From Eledone cirrhosa (lineage: Eukaryota): a stretch of 64,000 bases of DNA. The stretch lies in assembly GCA_964016885.1 (NCBI GenBank), contig OZ024741.1:12958001-13022000 (forward strand). The letters run 5' to 3'. Shown here piece after piece: positions 20,401 to 35,400 of this stretch (its first letter is position 1; each line of letters opens with the position of its first letter). Below the pieces are notes generated by a model. It had not been told where the DNA came from and did not search any database. It saw only the letters and a program-made list of their open reading frames with translations. Made by a program: the position numbers and the translations under genes.

Positions 20401-23400
20401 GGTTTTAAAGGATGCAGTGTCTCGACAGTTAACAACTGATGTAGGTAGTTTGTTCCATGGAGGTTTTAAAAGATGCAGTGTTGCGACAGCTAACAACTGA
20501 TGCAGGTAGTTTGTTCCATGGAGGTTTTAAAGGATGCAGTGTCGCGACAACTAACAATTAATGTTGGTAGTTTGTTCCATGGAGGTTTTAAAGGATGCTG
20601 TATCTCGACAGCTAATAACTGATGCAGGTAGTTTGTTCCATGGAGGTTTTAACGGATGCAGTGTCTCGACAGCTAATAACTGATGCAGGTTTTTAAAAGA
20701 TGCAGTGTCCCGACAGCTAACAACTGATGCAGGTAGTTTGTTCCATTGAGGTTTTAAAGGATGCAGTGTCTCGACAGCTAACAACTAATGTAGGTAGTTT
20801 GTTCCATGGAGGTTTTAAAGGATGCAGTGTCCCGACAGCCCACATCTGATGTAGGTAGTTTGTTCCATGGAGGTTTTAAAGGATGCAGTGTCTCGACAGC
20901 TAACAACTGATGTAGGTAGTTTGTTCCATGGAGATTTTAAAGGATGCAGTGTCCCGACAGCTAACATCTGATGTAGGTAGTTTGTTCCATGGAGGTTTTA
21001 AAGGATGCAGTGTCTCGACAGCTAACAACTGATGCAGATAGTTTGTTCCATGGCGGTTTTAAAGGATGCAGTGTCTCGACAACTAACATCTGACGTAGGT
21101 AGTTTGTTTCATGGAGGTTTTAAAGGATGCAGTGTCTCGACAGTTAACAACTGATGTAGGTAGTTTGTTCCATGGAGGTTTTAAAGGATGCAGTGTTGCG
21201 ACAGCTAACAGCTGATGCAGGTAGTTTGTTCCATGGAGGTTTTAAAGGATGCAGTGTCCAGACAACTAACAACTAATGTTGGTAGTTTGTTCCATGGAGG
21301 TTTTAAAGGATGCAATGTCCCGACAGCTAACAACTAATGCAGCTAGTTTGTTTCATGGAGGTTTTAAAGGATACAATGTCCCGACAGCTAACAACTGATG
21401 CAGGTAGTTTGTTCCATGGAGGTTTTAAAGAATGCAGTGTCTCGACAGCTAACAACTGATGCAGGTAGTTTGTTCCATGGCGGTTTTAAAGGATGCAGTG
21501 TCTTGACAGCTAACAACTAATGTAGGTAGTTTGTTTCATGGAGGTTTTAAAGGATGCAGTGTCCCGACAGCTAACAACTGAAGCAGGTAGTTTGTTCCAT
21601 GGAGGTTTTAAAGGATGCAGTGTCTCGACAACTAACATCTGATGTAGGTAGTTTGTTTCATGGAGGTTTTAAAGGATGCAGTGTCTCGACAGTTAACAAC
21701 TGATGTAGGTAGTTTGTTCCATGGAGGTTTTAAAAGATGCAGTGTTGCGACAGCTAACAACTGATGCAGGTAGTTTGTTCCATGGAGGTTTTAAAGGATG
21801 CAGTGTCGCGACAACTAACAATTAATGTTGGTAGTTTGTTCCATGGAGGTTTTAAAGGATGCTGTATCTCGACAGCTAATAACTGATGCAGGTAGTTTGT
21901 TCCATGGAGGTTTTAACGGATGCAGTGTCTCGACAGCTAATAACTGATGCAGGTTTTTAAAAGATGCAGTGTCCCGACAGCTAACAACTGATGCAGGTAG
22001 TTTGTTCCATTGAGGTTTTAAAGGATGCAGTGTCTCGACAGCTAACAACTAATGTAGGTAGTTTGTTCCATGGAGGTTTTAAAGGATGCAGTGTCCCGAC
22101 AGCCCACATCTGATGTAGGTAGTTTGTTCCATGGAGGTTTTAAAGGATGCAGTGTCTCGACAGCTAACAACTGATGTAGGTAGTTTGTTCCATGGAGATT
22201 TTAAAGGATGCAGTGTCCCGACAGCTAACATCTGATGTAGGTAGTTTGTTCCATGGAGGTTTTAAAGGATGCAGTGTCTCGACAGCTAACAACTGATGCA
22301 TATAGTTTGTTCCATGGCGGTTTTAAAGGATGCAGTGTCTCGACAACTAACATCTGACGTAGGTAGTTTGTTTCATGGAGGTTTTAAAGGATGCAGTGTC
22401 TCGACAGTTAACAACTGATGTAGGTAGTTTGTTCCATGGAGGTTTTAAAGGATGCAGTGTTGCGACAGCTAACAGCTGATGCAGGTAGTTTGTTCCATGG
22501 AGGTTTTAAAGGATGCAGTGTCCAGACAACTAACAACTAATGTTGGTAGTTTGTTCCATGGAGGTTTTAAAGGATGCAATGTCCCGACAGCTAACAACTA
22601 ATGCAGCTAGTTTGTTTCATGGAGGTTTTAAAGGATACAATGTCCCGACAGCTAACAACTGATGCAGGTAGTTTGTTCCATATAGGTTTTAAAGGATGCT
22701 GTGTCTCGACAGCTAATAACTGATGCAGGTAGTTTGTTCCATGGAGGTTTTAACGGATGCAGTGTCTCGACAGCTAACAACTGATGCAGGTAGTTTGTTC
22801 CATGGAGGTTTTAAAGGATGCAGTGTCTCGACAGCTAACAACTGATGTAAGTAGTTTGTTCCATGGAGGTTTTAAAGGATGCTGTGTACCGACATCTAAC
22901 AACTGATGAGGTAGTTTGTTCCATGGAGGTTTTAAAGGATGCTGTGTCTCGACAGCTAACAACTAATGTAGGTAGTTTGTTCCATGGAGGTTTTAAAGGA
23001 TGCAGTGTCCCGACAGCTAACATCTGATGTAGGTAGTTTGTTCCATGGAGGTTTTAAAGGATGCAGTGTCTCGACAGCTAACAACTAATGTAGGTAGTTT
23101 GTTCCATGGAAGTTTTAAAGGATGCTGTGTCTCGACAGCTAACAACTAATGTAGGTAGTTTGTTCCATGGAGGTTTTAAAGGATGCAGTGTCCCGACAGC
23201 CCACATCTGATGTAGGTAGTTTGTTCCATGGAGGTTTTAAAGGATGCAGTGTCTCGACAGCTATCAACTAATGTAGGTAGTTTGTTTCATGGAGGTTTTA
23301 AAGGATGCAGTGTCCCGACAGCTAACAACTGAAGCAGGTAGTTTGTTCCGTTGAGGTCTTAAAGGATGCAGTGTCTCGACAACTAACATCTGATGTAGGT

Positions 23401-26400
23401 AGTTTGTTTCGTGGAGGTTTTAAAGGATGCAGTGTCTCGACAGCTAACAACTGATGTAGGTAGTTTGTTCCATGGAGGTTTTAAAGGATGCAGTGTTCCG
23501 ACAGTTAACAACTGATGCAGGTAGTTTGTTCCATGGAGGTTTTAAAGGATGCAGTGTCCCGACAGCTAACAACTAATGCAGGTAGTTTATGCCATGGAGG
23601 TTTTAACAAATGCTGTGTCCCGACAGCTAACAACTGATGCGGGTAGTTTGTTCCATGGAGGGTTTAAAGGATGCAGTGTCTCGACAGCTAACAACTGATG
23701 TAGGTAGTTTGTTCCAGGGAGGTTTTAAATGATGCAGTGTCCCGACAGCTAACAACTGATGCAGATAGTTTGTTCCATGGAGGTTTTAAAGGATGCAGTG
23801 TCTCGACAGCTAACAACTGATGCAGGTAGTTTATTCTATGGAGGTTTTAAAGGATGCAGTGTCTCGACAGCTAACAACTAATCTAGGTAGTTTGTTCCAT
23901 GGAGGTTTTAAAGGATGCAGTGTCTCGACAGCTAACAACTGATGCAGGTAGTTTGTTCCATTGATGTTTTAAAGGATGCAGTGTCTCAACAGCTAACAAC
24001 TGATGTAAGTAGTTTGTTCCATGGAGGTTTTAAAGGATGCTGTGTACCGACATCTAACAACTGATGAGGTAGTTTGTTCCATGGAAGTTTTAAAGGATGC
24101 TGTGTCTCGACAGCTAACAACTAATGTAGGTAGTTTGTTCCATGGAGGTTTTAAAGGATGCAGTGTCTCGACAGCTAACAACTAATGTAGGTAGTTTGTT
24201 CCATGGAGGTTTAAAAGGATGCAGTGTCCCGACAGCTAACATCTGATGTAGGTAGTTTGTTCCATGGAGGTTTTAAAGGATGCAGTGTCTCGACAGCTAA
24301 CAACTCATGTAGGTAGTTTGTTCCAGGGAGGTTTTAAAGGATGCAGTGTCTCGACAGCTAACAACTGATGCAGATAGTTTGTTCCATGGAGGTTTTAAAG
24401 GATGCAGTGTCTCGACAGCTAACAACTGATGTAAGTTGTTTGTTCTATGGAGGTTTTAAAGGATGCAGTGTCTCGACAGCTAACAACTGATGCAGGTAGT
24501 TTGTTCCATGGAGGTTTTAAAGGATGCAGTGTCTCGACAGCTAACAACTGATGCAGGTAGTTTGTTCCATGGAGGTTTTAAAGGATGCAGTGTCTCGACA
24601 GCTAACAACTGATGCAGGTAGTTTGTTCCATGGAGGTTTTAAAGGATGCAGTGTCCCGACAGCTAACATCTGATGTAGGTAGTTTGTTCCATGGAGGTTT
24701 TAAAGGATGCAGTATCTCGACAGCTAACAACTAATGTAGGTAGTTTGTTCCATGGAGGTTTTAAAGGATGCAGTGTCCCGACAGCCCACATCTGATGTAG
24801 GTAGTTTGTTCCATGGAGGTTTTAAAGGATGCTGTGTACCGACATCTAACAACTGATGAGGTAGTTTGTTCCATGGAGGTTTTAAAGGATGCTGTGTCTC
24901 GACAGCTAACAACTAATGTAGGTAGTTTGTTCCATGGAGGTTTTAACGGATGCAGTGTCCCGACAGCTAACATCTGATGTAGGTAGTTTGTTCCATGGAG
25001 GTTTTAAAGGATGCAGTATCTCGACAGCTAACAACTAATGTAGGTAGTTTGTTCCATGGAGGTTTTAAAGGATGCAGTGTCCCGACAGCCCACATCTGAT
25101 GTAGGTAGTTTGTTCCATGGAGGTTTTAAAGGATGCAGTGTCTCGACAGCTAACAACTGATGCAGATAGTTTGTTTCATGGAGGTTTTAAAGGATGCAGT
25201 GTCCCGACAGCTAACAACTAATGCAGGTAGTTTGTGCCATGGAGGTTTTAAAAAATGCTGTGTCCCGACAGCTAACAACTGATGCAGGTAGTTTGTTCCA
25301 TGGAGGGTTTAAAAGATGCAGTGTCTCGACAGCTAACAACTGATGTAGGTAGTTTGTTCCAGGGAGGTTTTAAGGGATGCAGTGTCCCGACAGCTAACAA
25401 CGGATGCAGATAGTGTGTTCCATGGAGGTTTTAAAGGATGCAGTGTCTCGACAGCTAACAACTGATGCAGGTAGCTTGTTCAATGGAGGTTTTAAAGGAT
25501 GCAGTGTCTCGACAGCTAACAACTGATGCAGGTAGTTTGTTCCATGGAGGTTTTAAAGGATGCAGTGTCTCGACAGCTAACAACTGATGTAGGTAGTTTG
25601 TTCCATGGAGGTTTTAAAGGATGCAGTGTCCCGACAGCTAACATCTGATGTAGGTAGTTTGTTCCATGGAGGTTTTAAAGGATGCAGTGTCTCGACAGCT
25701 AACAACTGATGCAGATAGTTTGTTCCATGGAGGTTTTAAAGAATGCAGTGTCTCGACAGCTAACAACTGATGCAGGTAGTTTGTTCCATGGCGGTTTTAA
25801 AGGATGCAGTGTCTTGACAGCTAACAACTAATGTAGGTAGTTTGTTTCATGGAGGTTTTAAAGGATGCAGTGTCCCGACAGCTAACAACTGAAGCAGGTA
25901 GTTTGTTCCTTGGAGGTTTTAAAGGATGCAGTGTCTCGAAAACTAACATCTGATGTAGGTAGTTTGTTTCATGGAGGTTTTAAAGGATGCAGTGTCTCGA
26001 CAGTTAACAACTGATGTAGGTAGTTTGTTCCATGGAGGTTTTAAAGGATGCAGTGTTGCGACAGCTAACAGCTGATGCAGGTAGTTTGTTCCATGGAGGT
26101 TTTAAAGGATGCAGTGTCCAGACAACTAACAACTAATGTTGGTAGTTTGTTCCATGGAGGTTTTAAAGGATGCAATGTCCCGACAGCTAACAACTAATGC
26201 AGCTAGTTTGTTCCATGGAGGTTTTAAAGGATGCAATGTCCCGACAGCTAACAACTGATGCAGGTAGTTTGTTCCATATAGGTTTTAAAGGATGCTGTAT
26301 CTCGACAGCTAATAACTGATGCAGGTAGTTTGTTCCATGGTGGTTTTAACGGATGCAGTGTCTCGACAGCTAACAACTGATGCAGGTAGTTTGTTCCATG

Positions 26401-29400
26401 GAGGTTTTAAAGGATGCAGTGTCTCAACAGCTAACAACTGATGTAAGTAGTTTGTTCCATGGAGGTTTTAAAGGATGCTGTGTACCGACATCTAACAACT
26501 GATGAGGTAGTTTGTTCCATGGAAGTTTTAAAGGATGCTGTGTCTCGACAGCTAACAACTAATGTAGGTAGTTTGTTCCATGGAGGTTTTAAAGGATGCA
26601 GTGTCTCGACAGCTAACAACTAATCTAGGTAGTTTGTTCCATGGAGGTTTTAAAGGATGCAGTGTCCCGACAGCTAACATCTGATGTAGGTAGTTTGTTC
26701 CATGGAGGTTTTAAAGGATGCAGTGTCTCGACAGCTAACAACTGATGCAGATAGTTTGTTCCATGGAGGTTTTAAAGAATGCAGTGTCTCGACAGCTAAC
26801 AACTGATGCAGGTAGTTTGTTCCATGGCGGTTTTAAAGAATGCAGTGTCTTGACAGCTAACAACTAATGTAGGTAGTTTGTTTCATGGAGGTTTTAAAGG
26901 ATGCAGTGTCCCGACAGCTAACAACTGAAGCAGGTAGTTTGTTCCATGGAGGTTTTAAAGGATGCAGTGTCTCGACAACTAACATCTGATGTAGGTAGTT
27001 TGTTTCATGGAGGTTTTAAAGGATGCAGTGTCTCGACAGTTAACAACTGATGTAGGTAGTTTGTTCCATGGAGGTTTTAAAGGATGCAGTGTTGCGACAG
27101 CTAACAACTGATGCAGGTAGTTTGTTCCATGGAGGTTTTAAAGGATGCAGTGTCGCGACAACTAACAATTAATGTTGGTAGTTTGTTCCATGGAGGTTTT
27201 AAAGGATGCTGTATCTCGACAGCTAATAACTGATGCAGGTAGTTTGTTCCATGGAGGTTTTAACGGATGCAGTGTCTCGACAGCTAATAACTGATGCAGG
27301 TTTTTAAAAGATGCAGTGTCCCGACAGCTAACAACTGATGCAGGTAGTTTGTTCCATTGAGGTTTTAAAGGATGCAGTGTCTCGACAGCTAACAACTAAT
27401 GTAGGTAGTTTGTTCCATGGAGGTTTTAAAGGATGCAGTGTCCCGACAGCCCACATCTGATGTAGGTAGTTTGTTCCATGGAGGTCTTAAAGGATGCAGT
27501 GTCTCGACAGCTAACAACTGATGTAGGTAGTTTGTTCCATGGAGATTTTAAAGGATGCAGTGTCCCGACAGCTAACATCTGATGTAGGTAGTTTGTTCCA
27601 TGGAGGTTTTAAAGGATGCAGTGTCTCGACAGCTAACAACTGATGCAGATAGTTTGTTCCATGGCGGTTTTAAAGGATGCAGTGTCTTGACAGCTAACAA
27701 CTAATGTAGGTAGTTTGTTTCATGGAGGTTTTAAAGAATGCAGTGTCCCGACAGCTAACAACTGAAGCAGCTAGTTTGTTCCATGGAGGTTTTAAAGGAT
27801 GCAGTGTCTCGACAACTAACATCTGACGTAGGTAGTTTGTTTCATGGAGGTTTTAAAGGATGCAGTGTCTCGACAGTTAACAACTGATGTAGGTAGTTTG
27901 TTCCATGGAGGTTTTAAAGGATGCAGTGTTGCGACAGCTAACAGCTGATGCAGGTAGTTTGTTCCATGGAGATTTTAAAGGATGCAGTGTCCAGACAACT
28001 AACAACTAATGTTGGTAGTTTGTTCCATCGAGGTTTTAAAGGATGCAATGTCCCGACAGCTAACAATTAATGCAGCTAATTTGTTCCATGGAGGTTTTAA
28101 CGGATGCAGTGTCTCGACAGCTAACAACTGATGCAGGTAGTTTGTTCCATGGAGGTTTTAAAGGATGCAGTGTCTCGACAGCTAACAACTGATGTAAGTA
28201 GTTTGTTCCATGGAGGTTTTAAAGGATACTGTGTACCGACATCTAACAACTGATGAGGTAGTTTGTTCCATGGAGGTTTTAAAGGATGCTGTGTCTCGAC
28301 AGCTAACAACTAATGTAGGTAGTTTGTTCCATGGAGGTTTTAAAGGATGCAGTGTCCCGACAGCTAACATCTGATGTAGGTAGTTTGTTCCATGGAGGTT
28401 TTAAAGGATGCAGTGTCTCGACAGCTAACAACTAATGTAGGTAGTTTGTTCCATGGAAGTTTTAAAGGATGCTGTGTCTCGACAGCTAACAACTAATGTA
28501 GGTAGTTTGTTCCATGGAGGTTTTAAAGGATGCAGTGTCTCGACAGCCCACATCTGATGTAGGTAGTTTGTTCCATGGAGGTTTTAAAGGATGTAGTGTC
28601 TCGCCAACTAACAACTGATGCAGGTAGTTTCTTCCATGGCGGTCTTAAAGGATGCAGTGTCTTGACAGCTATCAACTAATGTAGGTAGTTTGTTTCATGG
28701 AGGTTTTAAAGGATGCAGTGTCCCGACAGCTAACAACTGAAGCAGGTAGTTTGTTCCGTTGAGGTTTTAAAGGATGCAGTGTCTCGACAACTAACATCTG
28801 ATGTAGGTAGTTTGTTTCGTGGAGGTTTTAAAGGATGCAGTGTCTCGACAGCTAACAACTGATGTAGGTAGTTTGTTCCATGGAGGTTTTAAAGGATGCA
28901 GTGTTCCGACAGTTAACAACTGATGCAGGTAGTTTGTTCCATGGAGGTTTTAAAGGATGCAGTGTCCCGACAGCTAACAACTAATGCAGGTAGTTTGTGC
29001 CATGGAGGTTTTAACAAATGCTGTGTCCCGACAGCTAACAACTGATGCAGGTAGTTTGTTCCATGGAGGGTTTAAAGGATGCAGTGTCTCGACAGCTAAC
29101 AACTGATGTAGGTAGTTTGTTCCAGGGAGGTTTTAAATGATGCAGTGTCCCGACAGCTAACAACTGATGTAGGTAGTTTGTTCCATGGAGGTTTTAAAGG
29201 ATGCAATGTCCCGACAGCTAACAACTAATGCAGCTAGTTTGTTCCATGGAGGTTTTAAAGGATGCAATGTCCCGACAGCTAACAACTGATGCAGGTAGTT
29301 TGTTCCATATAGGTTTTAAAGGATGCTGTATCTCGGCAGCTAATAACTGATGCAGGTAGTTTGTTCCATGGTGGTTTTAACGGATGCAGTGTCTCGACAG

Positions 29401-32400
29401 CTAACAACTGATGCAGGTAGTTTGTTCCATGGAGGTTTTAAAGGATGCAGTGTCTGAACAGCTAACAACTGATGTAAGTAGTTTGTTCCATGGAGGTTTT
29501 AAAGGATGCTGTGTACCGACATCTAACAACTGATGAGGTAGTTTGTTCCATGGAAGTTTTAAAGGATGCTGTGTCTCGACAGCTAACAACTAATGTAGGT
29601 AGTTTGTTCCATGGAGGTTTTAAAGGATGCAGTGTCTCGACAGCTAACAACTAATCTAGGTAGTTTGTTCCATGGAGGTTTTAAAGGATGCAGTGTCCCG
29701 ACAGCTAACATCTGATGTAGGTAGTTTGTTCCATGGAGGTTTTAAAGGATGCAGTGTCTCGACAGCTAACAACTGATGCAGATAGTTTGTTCCATGGAGG
29801 TTTTAAAGAATGCAGTGTCTCGACAGCTAACAACTGATGCAGGTAGTTTGTTCCATGGCGGTTTTAAAGGATGCAGTGTCTTGACAGCTAACAACTAATG
29901 TAGGTAGTTTGTTACATGGAGGTTTTAAAGGATGCAGTGTCCCGACAGCTAACAACTGAAGCAGGTAGTTTGTTCCATGGAGGTTTTAAAGGATGCAGTG
30001 TCTCGACAACTAACATCTGATGTAGGTAGTTTGTTTCATGGAGGTTTTAAAGGATGCAGTGTCTCGACAGTTAACAACTGATGTAGGTAGTTTGTTCCAT
30101 GGAGGTTTTAAAGGATGCAGTGTTGCGACAGCTAACAACTGATGCAGGTAGTTTGTTCCATGGAGGTTTTAAAGGATGCAGTGTCGCGACAACTAACAAT
30201 TAATGTTGGTAGTTTGTTCCATGGAGGTTTTAAAGGATGCTGTATCTCGACAGCTAATAACTGATGCAGGTAGTTTGTTCCATGGAGGTTTTAACGGATG
30301 CAGTGTCTCGACAGCTAATAACTGATGCAGGTTTTTAAAAGATGCAGTGTCCCGACAGCTAACAACTGATGCAGGTAGTTTGTTCCATTGAGGTTTTAAA
30401 GGATGCAGTGTCTCGACAGCTAACAACTAATGTAGGTAGTTTGTTCCATGGAGGTTTTAAAGGATGCAGTGTCCCGACAGCCCACATCTGATGTAGGTAG
30501 TTTGTTCCATGGAGGTTTTAAAGGATGCAGTGTCTCGACAGCTAACAACTGATGTAGGTAGTTTGTTCCATGGAGATTTTAAAGGATGCAGTGTCCCGAC
30601 AGCTAACATCTGATGTAGGTAGTTTGTTCCATGGAGGTTTTAAAGGATGCAGTGTCTCGACAGCTAACAACTGATGCAGATAGTTTGTTCCATGGCGGTT
30701 TTAAAGGATGCAGTGTCTTGACAGCTAACAACTAATGTAGGTAGTTTGTTTCATGGAGGTTTTAAAGAATGCAGTGTCCCGACAGCTAACAACTGAAGCA
30801 GCTAGTTTGTTCCATGGAGGTTTTAAAGGATGCAGTGTCTCGACAACTAACATCTGACGTAGGTAGTTTGTTTCATGGAGGTTTTAAAGGATGCAGTGTC
30901 TCGACAGTTAACAACTGATGTAGGTAGTTTGTTCCATGGAGGTTTTAAAGGATGCAGTGTTGCGACAGCTAACAGCTGATGCAGGTAGTTTGTTCCATGG
31001 AGATTTTAAAGGATGCAGTGTCCAGACAACTAACAACTAATGTTGGTAGTTTGTTCCATCGAGGTTTTAAAGGATGCAATGTCCCGACAGCTAACAATTA
31101 ATGCAGCTAATTTGTTCCATGGAGGTTTTAACGGATGCAGTGTCTCGACAGCTAACAACTGATGCAGGTAGTTTGTTCCATGGAGGTTTTAAAGGATGCA
31201 GTGTCTCGACAGCTAACAACTGATGTAAGTAGTTTGTTCCATGGAGGTTTTAAAGGATACTGTGTACCGACATCTAGCAACTGATGAGGTAGTTTGTTCC
31301 ATGGAGGTTTTAAAGGATGCTGTGTCTCGACAGCTAACAACTAATGTAGGTAGTTTGTTCCATGGAGGTTTTAAAGGATGCAGTGTCCCGACAGCTAACA
31401 TCTGATGTAGGTAGTTTGTTCCATGGAGGTTTTAAAGGATGCAGTGTCTCGACAGCTAACAACTAATGTAGGTAGTTTGTTCCATGGAAGTTTTAAAGGA
31501 TGCTGTGTCTCGACAGCTAACAACTAATGTAGGTAGTTTGTTCCATGGAGGTTTTAAAGGATGCAGTGTCCCGACAGCCCACATCTGATGTAGGTAGTTT
31601 GTTCCATGGAGGTTTTAAAGGATGCAGTGTCTCGCCAACTAACAACTGATGCAGGTAGTTTCTTCCATGGCGGTTTTAAAGGATGCAGTGTCTTGACAGC
31701 TATCAACTAATGTAGGTAGTTTGTTTCATGGAGGTTTTAAAGGATGCAGTGTCCCGACAGCTAACAACTGAAGCAGGTAGTTTGTTCCGTTGAGGTTTTA
31801 AAGGATGCAGTGTCTCGACAACTAACATCTGATGTAGGTAGTTTGTTTCGTGGAGGTTTTAAAGGATGCAGTGTCTCGACAGCTAACAACTGATGTAGGT
31901 AGTTTGTTCCATGGAGGTTTTAAAGGATGCAGTGTTCCGACAGTTAACAACTGATGCAGGTAGTTTGTTCCATGGAGGTTTTAAAGGATGCAGTGTCCCG
32001 ACAGCTAACAACTAATGCAGGTAGTTTGTGCCATGGAGGTTTTAACAAATGCTGTGTCCCGACAGCTAACAACTGATGCAGGTAGTTTGTTCCATGGAGG
32101 GTTTAAAGGATGCAGTGTCTCGACAGCTAACAACTGATGTAGGTAGTTTGTTCCAGGGAGGTTTTAAATGATGCAGTGTCCCGACAGCTAACAACTGATG
32201 TAGGTAGTTTGTTCCATGGAGGTTTTAAAGGATGCAATGTCCCGACAGCTAACAACTAATGCAGCTAGTTTGTTCCATGGAGGTTTTAAAGGATGCAATG
32301 TCCCGACAGCTAACAACTGATGCAGGTAGTTTGTTCCATATAGGTTTTAAAGGATGCTGTATCTCGACAGCTAATAACTGATGCAGGTAGTTTGTTCCAT

Positions 32401-35400
32401 GGTGGTTTTAACGGATGCAGTGTCTCGACAGCTAACAACTGATGCAGGTAGTTTGTTCCATGGAGGTTTTAAAGGATGCAGTGTCTCAACAGCTAACAAC
32501 TGATGTAAGTAGTTTGTTCCATGGAGGTTTTAAAGGATGCTGTGTACCGACATCTAACAACTGATGAGGTAGTTTGTTCCATGGAAGTTTTAAAGGATGC
32601 TGTGTCTCGACAGCTAACAACTAATGTAGGTAGTTTGTTCCATGGAGGTTTTAAAGGATGCAGTGTCTCGACAGCTAACAACTAATCTAGGTAGTTTGTT
32701 CCATGGAGGTTTTAAAGGATGCAGTGTCCCGACAGCTAACATCTGATGTAGGTAGTTTGTTCCATGGAGGTTTTAAAGGATGCAGTGTCTCGACAGCTAA
32801 CAACTGATGCAGATAGTTTGTTCCATGGAGGTTTTAAAGAATGCAGTGTCTCGACAGCTAACAACTGATGCAGGTAGTTTGTTCCATGGCGGTTTTAAAG
32901 GATGCAGTGTCTTGACAGCTAACAACTAATGTAGGTAGTTTGTTTCATGGAGGTTTTAAAGGATGCAGTGTCCCGACAGCTAACAACTGAAGCAGGTAGT
33001 TTGTTCCATGGAGGTTTTAAAGGATGCAGTGTCTCGACAACTAACATCTGATGTAGGTAGTTTGTTTCATGGAGGTTTTAAAGGATGCAGTGTCTCGACA
33101 GTTAACAACTGATGTAGGTAGTTTGTTCCATGGAGGTTTTAAAGGATGCAGTGTTGCGACAGCTAACAACTGATGCAGGTAGTTTGTTCCATGGAGGTTT
33201 TAAAGGATGCAGTGTCGCGACAACTAACAATTAATGTTGGTAGTTTGTTCCATGGAGGTTTTAAAGGATGCTGTATCTCGACAGCTAATAACTGATGCAG
33301 GTAGTTTGTTCCATGGAGGTTTTAAAGGATGCAGTGTCGCGACAACTAACAATTAATGTTGGTAGTTTGTTCCATGGAGGTTTTAAAGGATGCTGTATCT
33401 CGACAGCTAATAACTGATGCAGGTAGTTTGTTCCATGGAGGTTTTAAAGGATGCAGTGTTGCGACAGCTAACAACTGATGCAGGTAGTTTGTTCCATGGA
33501 GGTTTTAAAGGATGCAGTGTCGCGACAACTAACAATTAATGTTGGTAGTTTGTTCCATGGAGGTTTTAAAGGATGCTGTATCTCGACAGCTAATAACTGA
33601 TGCAGGTAGTTTGTTCCATGGAGGTTTTAACGGATGCAGTGTCTCGACAGCTAATAACTGATGCAGGTTTTTAAAAGATGCAGTGTCCCGACAGCTAACA
33701 ACTGATGCAGGTAGTTTGTTCCATTGAGGTTTTAAAGGATGCAGTGTCTCGACAGCTAACAACTAATGTAGGTAGTTTGTTCCATGGAGGTTTTAAAGGA
33801 TGCAGTGTCCCGACAGCCCACATCTGATGTAGGTAGTTTGTTCCATGGAGGTTTTAAAGGATGCAGTGTCTCGACAGCTAACAACTGATGTAGGTAGTTT
33901 GTTCCATGGAGATTTTAAAGGATGCAGTGTCCCGACAGCTAACATCTGATGTAGGTAGTTTGTTCCATGGAGGTTTTAAAGGATGCAGTGTCTCGACAGC
34001 TAACAACTGATGCAGATAGTTTGTTCCATGGCGGTTTTAAAGGATGCAGTGTCTTGACAGCTAACAACTAATGTAGGTAGTTTGTTTCATGGAGGTTTTA
34101 AAGAATGCAGTGTCCCGACAGCTAACAACTGAAGCAGCTAGTTTGTTCCATGGAGGTTTTAAAGGATGCAGTGTCTCGACAACTAACATCTGACGTAGGT
34201 AGTTTGTTTCATGGAGGTTTTAAAGGATGCAGTGTCTCGACAGTTAACAACTGATGTAGGTAGTTTGTTCCATGGAGGTTTTAAAGGATGCAGTGTTGCG
34301 ACAGCTAACAGCTGATGCAGGTAGTTTGTTCCATGGAGATTTTAAAGGATGCAGTGTCCAGACAACTAACAACTAATGTTGGTAGTTTGTTCCATCGAGG
34401 TTTTAAAGGATGCAATGTCCCGACAGCTAACAATTAATGCAGCTAATTTGTTCCATGGAGGTTTTAACGGATGCAGTGTCTCGACAGCTAACAACTGATG
34501 CAGGTAGTTTGTTCCATGGAGGTTTTAAAGGATGCAGTGTCTCGACAGCTAACAACTGATGTAAGTAGTTTGTTCCATGGAGGTTTTAAAGGATACTGTG
34601 TACCGACATCTAGCAACTGATGAGGTAGTTTGTTCCATGGAGGTTTTAAAGGATGCTGTGTCTCGACAGCTAACAACTAATGTAGGTAGTTTGTTCCATG
34701 GAGGTTTTAAAGGATGCAGTGTCCCGACAGCTAACATCTGATGTAGGTAGTTTGTTCCATGGAGGTTTTAAAGGATGCAGTGTCTCGACAGCTAACAACT
34801 AATGTAGGTAGTTTGTTCCATGGAAGTTTTAAAGGATGCTGTGTCTCGACAGCTAACAACTAATGTAGGTAGTTTGTTCCATGGAGGTTTTAAAGGATGC
34901 AGTGTCCCGACAGCCCACATCTGATGTAGGTAGTTTGTTCCATGGAGGTTTTAAAGGATGCAGTGTCTCGCCAACTAACAACTGATGCAGGTAGTTTCTT
35001 CCATGGCGGTTTTAAAGGATGCAGTGTCTTGACAGCTATCAACTAATGTAGGTAGTTTGTTTCATGGAGGTTTTAAAGGATGCAGTGTCCCGACAGCTAA
35101 CAACTGAAGCAGGTAGTTTGTTCCGTTGAGGTTTTAAAGGATGCAGTGTCTCGACAACTAACATCTGATGTAGGTAGTTTGTTTCGTGGAGGTTTTAAAG
35201 GATGCAGTGTCTCGACAGCTAACAACTGATGTAGGTAGTTTGTTCCATGGAGGTTTTAAAGGATGCAGTGTTCCGACAGTTAACAACTGATGCAGGTAGT
35301 TTGTTCCATGGAGGTTTTAAAGGATGCAGTGTCCCGACAGCTAACAACTAATGCAGGTAGTTTGTGCCATGGAGGTTTTAACAAATGCTGTGTCCCGACA

